Assembly: GCA_902789675.1 (NCBI GenBank)
Contig: CADAPG010000001.1
Coordinates: 23,859 to 87,858 of the forward strand
Length of the DNA stretch: 64,000 nucleotides
Reading direction: 5' to 3'
DNA from: an uncultured Eubacteriales bacterium
Lineage (GTDB): Bacteria > Bacillota > Clostridia > Christensenellales > CAG-138
A program made the position numbers and the translations under genes. Of the stretch, positions 36,601-42,253 are shown piece by piece (within the stretch, counting starts at the first letter, position 1; each line of letters starts with the position of its first letter). The notes below the pieces were generated by a model, which was not told the DNA's origin, searched no databases, and saw only the letters and a program-made list of their open reading frames with translations.

Positions 36601-37750
36601 GGAAGAAAAGGCAACGCTGTACCGCATGCTTGCTGGCGATCTTGTGCAGGACGGTTCGGTCGTGTATCATCCGATCACGGTCAATCAGAAGCTGAAGGAC
36701 AAGGAGCGCGGTACGATCGCAATCGACTTCACGAACAGCGACCGATATGCAATGTCGCAGATGGGTGACGCGAAGTACAATGGCTTCCTGAAAGCTGTAG
36801 AGATGGGCGTACCGGAAGACATTGCGGCGACGGCGTATCGGAACTATGCGTCCGCAAAGAAGTATGAAACGCGGCGCGGAGTGGATGCAAAAGACAGTTT
36901 CCACGATTGGCTGTTCAAAATTGTCAGCGATCCTGCGCACAGGGCGATCCTGGATATGCAGGTGGTCGGAAAAACCGCAAGCGTGGACGGTGCAATCGGC
37001 TATAAGAAGAACGGAGAGGTATATGCCGACTACTCGTCGAAAGACACGTTTGACGCGTACCTGACGGGAGGTAAAAAGGCGGACAAAGCGGAAGCTATGG
37101 GAAACCTTGAAGGCACGCCGCAGCAGAAAGCAGAAGCGTTTGCGTCGAGGTATTCAAACTACACCGCAAAAGGCGCCATCGTCTACAACGACAAAGGCGA
37201 AATCCAAGCGGACTATACATCCGATGAAGCGTTGAAAGCGTCGCAGATGGGTACTGCGCATTATGCAAAGTACACGACCGCCGTCAAGAACGGCATGAGC
37301 AAGGAGAATGCGCTCAAAGCCGTTGAGATGCACAAGGAGATAACGTCCGACGATGACAAGGATAACGCTACGCAAGCGACCAAGTGGATCTTCAACACTT
37401 ACAAGAGCGCGAACGACCGTGCCATTGCAGGACAGATGTTTACAACGAAGGATGTCACCGTAAAGAACGGACGAACCTACGACGAGAACGGTTACATCTA
37501 TCGTGACTACACAAGCGTTGCATGGTACAAACTATCGAACAGGACACTTTCCAAGGACGGAAAAAACAAGCGATACGAAACAGCACAGACATTGACGAAA
37601 CAGGGGTACACCGCAGAGCAGGTAGTCGCAACGTATGTCGAGCTGGACAAGCTGTCCAAGAAGTCCGAGTGGCAGAAATATCTGAAAGGCCACGGATACA
37701 ACGAAGAGCAGATTCATCTGTTTCTTTGGTCGAGAGGATGGGCAAAGTAA
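27665..37750 (+). CDS. Giant multi-domain virion-module protein (3,361 aa): candidate polyvalent/ejected internal protein with hydrophobic Gly-rich segments, an HExxH zincin-like motif, an AT-rich nuclease-like cassette and C-terminal repeats
   Basis: AGGAGA RBS then ATG 27665. Uninterrupted 10,086-nt ORF. Gly/Ala-rich hydrophobic stretches at aa 668-880, ISHELTHRL at aa 1184-1192, EHIRKRHG at aa 1473-1480. Terminator directly after the stop. Confidence 0.8.
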   Translation: MATIDDILKKYQKALTKKQIEDLIQKSEQYKLLNAGNRANAQTQLAKQYRQTRRGLQNVGLAGREGKLISGREISVKDAYRNAYGTYNQQLQQGENAMIEQAAAKKAAANARARQQQAEQQQKAIEYEQERLNQEQITDPRLEREKPTREDKEYSALVNYNPFNHSADENVNYYLKIAEQNGMKGVEANRYAVSMAAEVANRKGAAAEAIQPHGLKPNQEQIQKNLPSLRFAQDYGVNLMKLKQEDPAMAQTIEDDVKYWYDFIDEKSEFWSNAIRNKTKDYHSALQMQANAYAALAKLSLAAKAPAEQRQYYLMSDAEFDTAYDAAERAYTRAEQEYQIAKKDSSSTMDDVISEPKAALEKAMQMKNLMDQIKANRASNSTVNLLAYQMQIPESAKTKDKEYASTREYVDENQAAGKITLKTKDWTLKINPWTENPSQNWAAVRDIGWSADDFARTHDVKGSRYSALINEWSLICGRIASLFGANQYFATDKDFVGASLDYIQALFGANRADTDVNYKWFRDQCLMAFRGNYDDTGSDAQKEQMDAMLTLANLMTDEERARFNALLDTMGARAADEYFDLLYKTVLPERFTSYVSDYNAEYMEDLPGIAKPALSVTSVLPSLTQGIPGIAHAYSTNQQDPAAARVSAMRYNQAQNIRNARMQKFGKFGQFAYGTTMSMWDSYFVAAITGGLGKAFAAAGVPTAVNIGGKTVNIAEKAASVIGGSLLGASAYNSTYQEGLERGLTPEKARMTALGSGINEMLFESLSLDMLVGHFQKGGMLKASKKAFVNWIVNTLVQGGVEGSEEVFTDIGNNLWDKMVNGIYSEELTKIREYVSQGMTLEEAKRKVSGEFAAQLGMSFGGGFASGGVMGGGSTFMGMVQNRGNEKVGKSLDSGLRSKIDGFQFKDKQMQELQKQSKKTNQDYGVLLQGYLAEKYGQFEGNVQQAVKDGTITNEDAALLDKWQKGEVTADEMQTVNETLAKLDIKPLLEIAQAQESIRFNQQVGVKNAENLRAWETKHNEAQKQHDEEVAKIEADDSLTDAQKEQKKAEAYQKMTEAQSRAGDELSAKVGRKIDIKVEKDGTTVRTKKGSGKVTFDFSTYNNGKAENHNTVETMTERERAALRIAQVVAALNGTNIKVEAQFTSRTLKDGTVEDLKDKNGYYDEDTDTIHVNLNGTNSVLWTISHELTHRLATMNKKGYAELHDAIKTELTKENLTYSEVQTLEHSYQIDKLQTYLNKGMNLWDALVAYETDRGYKGAAAEEEVIARCCEQFLAKTTFINSFANKHFRTARSVSAFLTRMNADMQQLFSDVNMRSTRAATTRNELGYFETWNTDVSPEQDILNQVDTLDDIARKWENAVKMVDQKRKAKESAKAESVKASTMDKSWVSSYPSTRIDYKEKSSYSPYMQHVITEYMGAVDDRLVQFAKKVVNGQYVKPVELKNVSNELGADIEKLLGWNPAGYKTIIESRIGEHIRKRHGLGGYVSGRQSDMSMADYNDFARMQFIIDNYDTIQVGKATTAYREMQPGSDNVQLKAETIVLGKRINSMYYVAEAIPNTSDKTVAIMSAYIRDVDVTKKGAVPVRDTKYVPRSTSKTEAALTPKPIIHDREAEYNSKLRKNSTQDKDFHLTQRAGEQRVFEMRGTTANVYGSSVELEGGTLLNRVRMMQNLAEMYGSVTVTATSEKEAQAFEKAGAQREADTFGNTKYGTWAFEHQEDQYRKDTEYDAKQKRNFANAVMKEVGTYRNFSKDDMRIIRAKLEKAFAVLHNAWHGDGDQLVAWEYADRLFDQILNRYTEMTEADAEMREAILAEMPRKTDAKGRVYREIEVTAAQMAEIRTAYESVAEYNRALSKALGTRVVVKETENAQTLEDVFASNPYLDAQTNEGDMPMVLLDRAQETVGKRTNPYKAESAERAALKEAMFEKALGIVGIEKSTTQKVREAVREARAEERAKAKEEAEKKKLAEQMERGRFRAKVRREEHAWYENVLNKMKEVKYSEDEQVKKDFLKIAKTNYQRLVNMLANPTEASHIPVQLARQVSEFCLALNDLMDADMSKKADSLADAKMSKRGVINMDKLIDAYKQTFADKDTIEQATRENPGYDPRGSFLDMSMYDETLVQMMEGLNELLKGKTVKQMDNYELRALMYTVRGVLNAVYDANKATVKGEKRFVYKIAEKMVSELQKANVFGKKQNAITRFLNQYTIESLGLRRIAKIYSNSDENSEFVKLVDDLNEGAIEVERIALALRKMFDPVTTRYAKDMKTWYGKNAEWIDIGNGVKITKGMRVSLAMHLLNEQNLRNLTERGVTIPNQADYKRGDYEQAYTNGTIVRMTKEQAKKIVSEMTEAEKAYFEVAKEFFHKRAGYYINRTSLKMLGYAKAIVENYFPIQVDDAYKMIQYDAKTFGKNAAVEHPGFLESRKGTSNVMYLNDITAVVNRQINGVAKYAGLAIPMRNWNAVMNQWMWHEDANKNWVADKGNVHTELKKQMGVAQFGKSEQGRRAMVSFVDQFIEDLAGASINNANEYVSAATLGQKLTSNYVKAVLTLNARVALSQLASVPTAAAEIPWKYIVQSFGGNVEQHLNRNASNELIDMYTPLFAMRRAGTQTEVSEVMKRKGLSEKAEQKLPWALGWITAMDTAATRRLWYACERWVKGETNIPVGSDEFYKEVAKRYERVIQNTQPNFTVLQRSPALRSKNAAARIITMFGTQRMQNAGVFIESAAEVIQAKDKATRKAALKKFGRTLSGLVTAAIVIGLERAIVSAIRGRMKPLQDKDKDVTRDSVDKYIRGEIGKSLAGSFMYVGEIYDFVNGIVSGFTDNDTYDQSFALPASEAISEIIKFCKDAIPFMLNINAVDENGKPKYDDHQKWLKTKTFINGLMTVASYSTGLPFANASKTLLNGIHPGWHDIVDAFKTGELIPWLHQSGRLDSASTAANYKEWTNLGKKGSTYFYWEKKYKEIKGDKNQPNVDTLASKLMADRDLTPEEKATLYRMLAGDLVQDGSVVYHPITVNQKLKDKERGTIAIDFTNSDRYAMSQMGDAKYNGFLKAVEMGVPEDIAATAYRNYASAKKYETRRGVDAKDSFHDWLFKIVSDPAHRAILDMQVVGKTASVDGAIGYKKNGEVYADYSSKDTFDAYLTGGKKADKAEAMGNLEGTPQQKAEAFASRYSNYTAKGAIVYNDKGEIQADYTSDEALKASQMGTAHYAKYTTAVKNGMSKENALKAVEMHKEITSDDDKDNATQATKWIFNTYKSANDRAIAGQMFTTKDVTVKNGRTYDENGYIYRDYTSVAWYKLSNRTLSKDGKNKRYETAQTLTKQGYTAEQVVATYVELDKLSKKSEWQKYLKGHGYNEEQIHLFLWSRGWAK

Positions 37751-37755
37751 CGAAC

Positions 37756-37778
37756 AGAGCGCAGAAAAACTGCGCTCT
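37756..37778 (+). terminator. Hairpin terminator after the giant gene
   Basis: AGAGCGCAG-AAAAA-CTGCGCTCT followed by TTCTTATT. Shares 21 nt with the terminator at 18509-18529. Confidence 0.6.
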
Positions 37779-37828
37779 TTCTTATTCTGCCTATTTTACA
37801 ATATAAACAGAGAGGACGGAGATCCGAC

Positions 37829-40369
37829 ATGGCACTTTACAAATACCATTATATAGAGCTTGACACGAAGCGCAGCCCGCGTATCAGCCTGCAGAACATC
37901 GTTGCCGGGGAGACCGGGAACGTGTTTTGGATTACATTTTCGAACAATAATGAGATCGTCGACATGTCCGAAAAATCGGACGGAGAATTTCTCTATCGCG
38001 TGTCGCTCCGGATCAGGTCCAATCTCGGCGTGCGCAGGCAGGATTCTGACGATCCGGACGGCGGCATTACGTTCATCGAAGCACAGACAGGCGATCACGG
38101 CAAGATTCATATTCTCTTGTCCGCGGATGCGTATACGTCCGGGAAAAACCGCTGCGTCCTCGAGATCTACTCAAAGCGCGTAGAGGAAGACGATACGCTT
38201 ATCTGCTCTGCGGAGTGGACGTTTTCCGCTGAGGAGAATCCGACAGGCGAAAACAAGGGACTTGTCTATCCGATGATGGCGTACTACGAGCAGCTTGCGA
38301 AGTCCTGGGCGACTGGCGGCACCGGCAAACGCGAAGGCGAGGACATCGACAATGCGATGTATTTCAAGACCCTTGCGGAACAGGCGGTGCGGGGCGGCAT
38401 CATCGATCCGACCTTTGCAACGTGGTTGAACGCGCATCTGTCCGATTTCTTGTCCGCGATCAGCGGTGACGCTGACAAATGGCTTGCCGAACACATCACG
38501 AATCTGAGCAATCCTCCGTTGGACACATCGCTGTCATTGTCGAATGCGGCTGCACCGGCGAATCTGCTTGGATTTCTCGTCAATTATCTTGGCGCGTCTG
38601 TATATCGTTCCGATAAAAAGACCGCAACGACAACATACAACGCGATCATCAAATCGAACGGGAACATTGAAGCGTCTACATCCTCAAGCGCGCATCTGTC
38701 AATTTACCCGGTCGATGCCAACAAACTGTACGTCCTTTACGGTCTTTCCGTGAGAGTGCCATCTACTGCGACCGCGCTTGCCGTATATTCGACATCGTTG
38801 TTCGATGGCGAAACGACGCTCACAGGGAATACGATTGTCGTTCCAAGTACGACCGCCGCAACGCTTACGAATTATAACGTGACCTTCCGACCGACCTCCG
38901 ACGGATACATTTACATTTATTCGTACGGCAATTACAACGCGCTTGAGTTGTACGATGGCGTTTATCGTTCGACAACACTTGACAACATCTCCGTATCGAT
39001 TAAGCCGTCCGAATCGTATGATGTTTCGTTTGATGACATCTTCAATAAGTACGAATCTGCGTTCATTGACGATTTCACAGCGCGCGAATCGTTTGTTGAT
39101 GCCGACCATCCGTACACCATCCTTGGAAGTGACGCTGATGCGCCGACAATCACAACGGGAACTGGCGCGACGAGAACGGGCGCGTCGGGCATGGCGACAC
39201 TTGCGTACAGCCGCACGTTTGACTCGTTCCCGTATATCTGCCTTATCGGGCGCGTTGCAAGCGCAGCGCAAATTGTCAAAGTGTTTGACGACTCAAACAG
39301 TCTTACTGCCGGTGCTATCTCTATCGGCGTGAACGGCGGCGTTATGTATAACGGAGATACATACGGAAACATCCACATAAATGCAGCTTATGTTGTGCTG
39401 GTCATAAATTCCGATTCTGTAACGGTCTACGATGATTCCGGGATCGAGGTACGGATTCCCGTGTCGTACACATCCGACAAGCCGATGAACATCGCGCTTG
39501 GCTTCGGCGCGAACGTAGACCGCTTATTCGGTTACGGCTCGTTCGTTGAGTTTGTCAAACGCCCGATGCAGACGCTTGATTTCAATCGGTGCGTTGCGCT
39601 GAACGAAGGCGCTGATAGTCTTTCTTCTGCCAAATCTGTTATTCGTTTTACGCATGGAATTTGGAGTAACAACTCAGCAGTTGCGACGGTGTACTATAAG
39701 CCGTCCGACAATCCGTATATGGAGTCTGTTCAAGGGCTGTCAAATAATCCGTGCATCAAATGCGTCTGCGATTACTCGGAGGATAACGGGTACAGGACGG
39801 AAATCGGCATCACGCCTGTAAAAGGATCGCTCAAGGGCAAGATTGGTGGTCTACAGAGATTCCGCACAAGCGCAGATTACTACATGGCATCAGCAGACAA
39901 CCCTGGAACGAATGATTTCTACACGTACATCTTCCAGTTGCACGATGCAAACTTTGCTGTGCAGGGATGGAGGGATGGTCCTCCGTTCACGCTTCGAGTG
40001 TACAACGGCAAGCTGTCTGCTCACGTATGCTACATCGACAACGGTGCTGTGCCACAGGGCGATAATGTGCATACTGTCAACAGTTACGATCTCTGTGATT
40101 GGGAGATGGATAAGTGGCATCACATTGAGGTCGAAGCGCGTATCGGATGGCGTAATGTCCTTGCACCGAGATTGATCGTCCGCGTTGACGGCATCGAGCG
40201 GCTGAACATCGAAACGCCGCTTGGCTACAACATCGTGTCGAGCGGTGGGTATGTCAATACACACTTTGGAAACTATGTTCCGCAATGGCACGATGCCGCG
40301 TACACCACAAAACACAGCGAGGTCATCGTTACGAACATTAGATGGGAGGGTACACAGAATGTCAACTAA
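37829..40369 (+). CDS. Tail fibre / receptor-binding protein (BppU-like N-terminus, fibre motif, C-terminal jelly-roll/polysaccharide-lyase-like domain)
   Basis: 846 aa. SWATGGTGKREGEDIDNAMYF is a motif common in Firmicutes phage fibres. The C-terminal YIFQLHD...WHHIEVEARIGW...VRVDG pattern resembles ConA-like lyase/glucanase folds. Confidence 0.7.
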   Translation: MALYKYHYIELDTKRSPRISLQNIVAGETGNVFWITFSNNNEIVDMSEKSDGEFLYRVSLRIRSNLGVRRQDSDDPDGGITFIEAQTGDHGKIHILLSADAYTSGKNRCVLEIYSKRVEEDDTLICSAEWTFSAEENPTGENKGLVYPMMAYYEQLAKSWATGGTGKREGEDIDNAMYFKTLAEQAVRGGIIDPTFATWLNAHLSDFLSAISGDADKWLAEHITNLSNPPLDTSLSLSNAAAPANLLGFLVNYLGASVYRSDKKTATTTYNAIIKSNGNIEASTSSSAHLSIYPVDANKLYVLYGLSVRVPSTATALAVYSTSLFDGETTLTGNTIVVPSTTAATLTNYNVTFRPTSDGYIYIYSYGNYNALELYDGVYRSTTLDNISVSIKPSESYDVSFDDIFNKYESAFIDDFTARESFVDADHPYTILGSDADAPTITTGTGATRTGASGMATLAYSRTFDSFPYICLIGRVASAAQIVKVFDDSNSLTAGAISIGVNGGVMYNGDTYGNIHINAAYVVLVINSDSVTVYDDSGIEVRIPVSYTSDKPMNIALGFGANVDRLFGYGSFVEFVKRPMQTLDFNRCVALNEGADSLSSAKSVIRFTHGIWSNNSAVATVYYKPSDNPYMESVQGLSNNPCIKCVCDYSEDNGYRTEIGITPVKGSLKGKIGGLQRFRTSADYYMASADNPGTNDFYTYIFQLHDANFAVQGWRDGPPFTLRVYNGKLSAHVCYIDNGAVPQGDNVHTVNSYDLCDWEMDKWHHIEVEARIGWRNVLAPRLIVRVDGIERLNIETPLGYNIVSSGGYVNTHFGNYVPQWHDAAYTTKHSEVIVTNIRWEGTQNVN

Positions 40370-41129
40370 AGTATATGTAGGCGAAGCGATCAAGGACGAA
40401 GACAACAAAGCCCGCGGCGGCGAGCCCGGCGATCAGACTGGGCGCGAGGTGTGCGTTCGCGAATGGAAGATGAACCCGCAGGGTTGGCGAGTTCTGCGCC
40501 CGAAGGACCCGGCGGTCGCTGAGAAGATCGCCTATGACATGCGAGCAGCATGCGCGAACCCGTTCATCGGGTACGATCAAACGGACCGCAGGACGTTGTA
40601 CGAAGTGTCCAAGCCGCTCGACTTCGATTGCGCGCGCGTCAAGACGCCATGCGAGTGCGACTGCTCCTCACTCGTTCAGGTGTGCGTACTGTACGCGGGT
40701 GTCAAGGTCGGCAGCTTCAATACAGCGAGCGAAGCGGCTGCGCTGCTCAAGACCGGCGCGTTCATCGAGCTCACCGGGGAGAAGTACACCGAGTCACCGG
40801 ACTTCCTCCGCACCGGAGACCTCCTCGTGACGAAGGTCAAGGGGCATAGCTGCGTGGTCCTGAACGACGGACCGAAGGCAGAACCGCTGCCGGATCCGGA
40901 GCCCGAACCTGAGCCCGAGCCATCGAACGCATACGTGCTTGTCAAGGGCGGGTCGGTCCGTGTCCGCGATAAGGACGGCGTGTATGGTCGCTGCATCGGC
41001 ATCGCCCACAGAGGCGAAGAGTACCCATACATCGAGACCGCCCCTTCCGGCTGGTACCGGATCGCGTGGCGCGGCACGCAGGCGTACATCACGAACAAAC
41101 CGCGCTATACGGAGGTACAGAATGGCTGA
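40359..41129 (+). CDS. Endolysin: NlpC/P60-like cysteine peptidase domain, (PE)n linker, C-terminal SH3b-like domain
   Basis: GGGAGGG RBS then ATG 40359. Candidate nucleophile in CECDCSSLV and His in KVKGHSCVVL. PDPEPEPEPEP linker. SH3-like YVLVKGGSVRVRD...GWYRIAW. Confidence 0.7.
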   Translation: MSTKVYVGEAIKDEDNKARGGEPGDQTGREVCVREWKMNPQGWRVLRPKDPAVAEKIAYDMRAACANPFIGYDQTDRRTLYEVSKPLDFDCARVKTPCECDCSSLVQVCVLYAGVKVGSFNTASEAAALLKTGAFIELTGEKYTESPDFLRTGDLLVTKVKGHSCVVLNDGPKAEPLPDPEPEPEPEPSNAYVLVKGGSVRVRDKDGVYGRCIGIAHRGEEYPYIETAPSGWYRIAWRGTQAYITNKPRYTEVQNG

Positions 41130-41331
41130 ACAAACAATCACGGAGATCCTGCAGGCATTGGCACGCATTGAGACAGACGTCAAGACGATTGCAAAGAATA
41201 GCGCGGATCACGAGGCAAGGCTTCGGGAGCTTGAACAGAAAAGCGGTAAGAGGATGGAAGCGATCCTGTCGGCAGCGATCGGCGCGGTCGTCGTCGGCGT
41301 GATCGGTTATGTGATCGGGAAACTATTTTAA
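41122..41331 (+). CDS. xhlA: XhlA-like lysis-associated membrane protein (69 aa)
   Basis: N-terminal coiled coil (LARIETDVKTI...HEARLRELEQK) plus a C-terminal TM helix (AAIGAVVVGVIGYVIG), located in the lysis cassette. Confidence 0.55.
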   Translation: MAEQTITEILQALARIETDVKTIAKNSADHEARLRELEQKSGKRMEAILSAAIGAVVVGVIGYVIGKLF

Positions 41332-41350
41332 AGAATAAGGAGGTGAATGT

Positions 41351-41575
41351 ATGGAAACGCTCGAAACTCAAAGCAGAAACAAGAGTGTTCTCTTTTGGAT
41401 CGGATTGGTGTCCGCTGTGTATGAGGCAGTGCTGAACAGTCTGACAGCAAGCTTGTCGGCTGCAAACCTCGGTTTTCCGCCCGTTGTTGGCGCCGTACTC
41501 GGTGCGATAGGCGTGGCGCTTGCGACGGTGCTGATCTATTGCAATGGGAACAACCCGTCGCTTAAAAGATACTAA
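41351..41575 (+). CDS. Holin (74 aa, two TM helices)
   Basis: GGAGGTGAATGT then ATG 41351. Two hydrophobic helices and a charged C-terminus. Last phage gene before attR. Confidence 0.65.
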   Translation: METLETQSRNKSVLFWIGLVSAVYEAVLNSLTASLSAANLGFPPVVGAVLGAIGVALATVLIYCNGNNPSLKRY

Positions 41576-41589
41576 ATCAATCAAGGGTA

Positions 41590-41617
41590 AATACCTCTGC
41601 TCGAACAGAGGTATTTT
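41590..41617 (+). terminator. Rho-independent terminator of the phage late operon
   Basis: AATACCTCTG-CTCGAA-CAGAGGTATT followed by TTTG. Confidence 0.7.
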
Positions 41618-41647
41618 GTTATATTTGGATATAAATTTGGACATAAT

Positions 41648-41677
41648 AAAAAATATGCCGATATTATCGGCATATTT
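41648..41677 (-). terminator. Phage-borne hairpin terminator placed directly downstream of tRNA-Ser in the lysogen
   Basis: ATATGCCGATA-T-TATCGGCATAT palindrome (41653-41675), followed on the minus strand by TTTTTTATT. It abuts the tRNA CCA end at 41678. Confidence 0.6.
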
Positions 41678-41701
41678 TGGCGGAGACGGTGGGATTCGAA
41701 C
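41678..41701. repeat. attR core (24 bp), forming the 3' end of the intact tRNA-Ser
   Basis: Identical to 7857-7880. Confidence 0.85.
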
Positions 41702-41771
41702 CCACGGACCGGCTCATCACCAGTCAAACGATTTCGAGTCGTTCTCGTTATGACCACTTCGATACGTCTCC
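41678..41771 (-). tRNA. tRNA-Ser (anticodon CGA), long variable arm, encoded CCA
   Basis: Manual fold of the reverse complement: acceptor GGAGACG/CGTCTCC, anticodon stem AACGA/TCGTT with loop CTCGAAA, variable-arm stem GACTGG/CCGGTC, T-arm GTGGG-TTCGAAT-CCCAC, then G-CCA. Confidence 0.9.
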
Positions 41772-41812
41772 ATGCCCGATTAGTATAACGCATCAAATCA
41801 AAAAAAGCAATA

Positions 41813-42253
41813 TTATTTTCTCAGTGCAAGAAAAAAAGTCTTTAACAGTTCGGCACACTCCGTTTCACAGATACCGCCGATCGTTTCAATGCTGTGATCA
41901 AACCAATGATCTCCGAGATCGATCCGCGATCCGCAGCATCCGCATTGCGGATCGTATGCGCCGAATACAAGGCGGGGAAGGCGCAAGTGGATCATTGCAC
42001 CCGCGCACATTGCGCAAGGTTCAAGCGTGACATAAAGCGTACAGCCGTCAAGAGAACCGAGCTTTTGGCAGGCGTCTTCCATTGCAAGCAGTTCCGCATG
42101 CCGCAGCGGCGACACTTCCGCTTCGCAGCGATTATGGGCTTGAGAAACGATATGATCATCTTTTACGATCACAGCGCCGACAGGGATTTCGTTTTCGTCA
42201 AAGGCGCGCCGTGCTTCAACCAATGCTGCTTCCATCCACTTTCGGTCAATCAC
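41813..42253 (-). CDS. tadA: tRNA-specific adenosine deaminase
   Basis: Zinc motifs HAELLAM and PCAMCAGA; 146 aa. Confidence 0.9.
   Translation of the reverse strand: MIDRKWMEAALVEARRAFDENEIPVGAVIVKDDHIVSQAHNRCEAEVSPLRHAELLAMEDACQKLGSLDGCTLYVTLEPCAMCAGAMIHLRLPRLVFGAYDPQCGCCGSRIDLGDHWFDHSIETIGGICETECAELLKTFFLALRK

Larger units (their letters stand above)
7857..41701. mobile_element. Integrated temperate phage (prophage), ~33.8 kb, tRNA-Ser insertion
   Basis: Bounded by the 24-bp att repeats. Integrase sits at the left end and the lysis cassette at the right end. Repressor/Cro switch, methyltransferase, terminase, portal, scaffold, capsid, tail fibre and endolysin/holin lie in between. Confidence 0.9.

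Noticed and set aside
40884-40923. Nucleotide repeat CCGGAGCCCGAACCTGAGCCCGAGCCA
   Set aside because: It encodes the PDPEPEPEPEP inter-domain linker of the endolysin, so it is low-complexity coding sequence and not a regulatory or mobile repeat.
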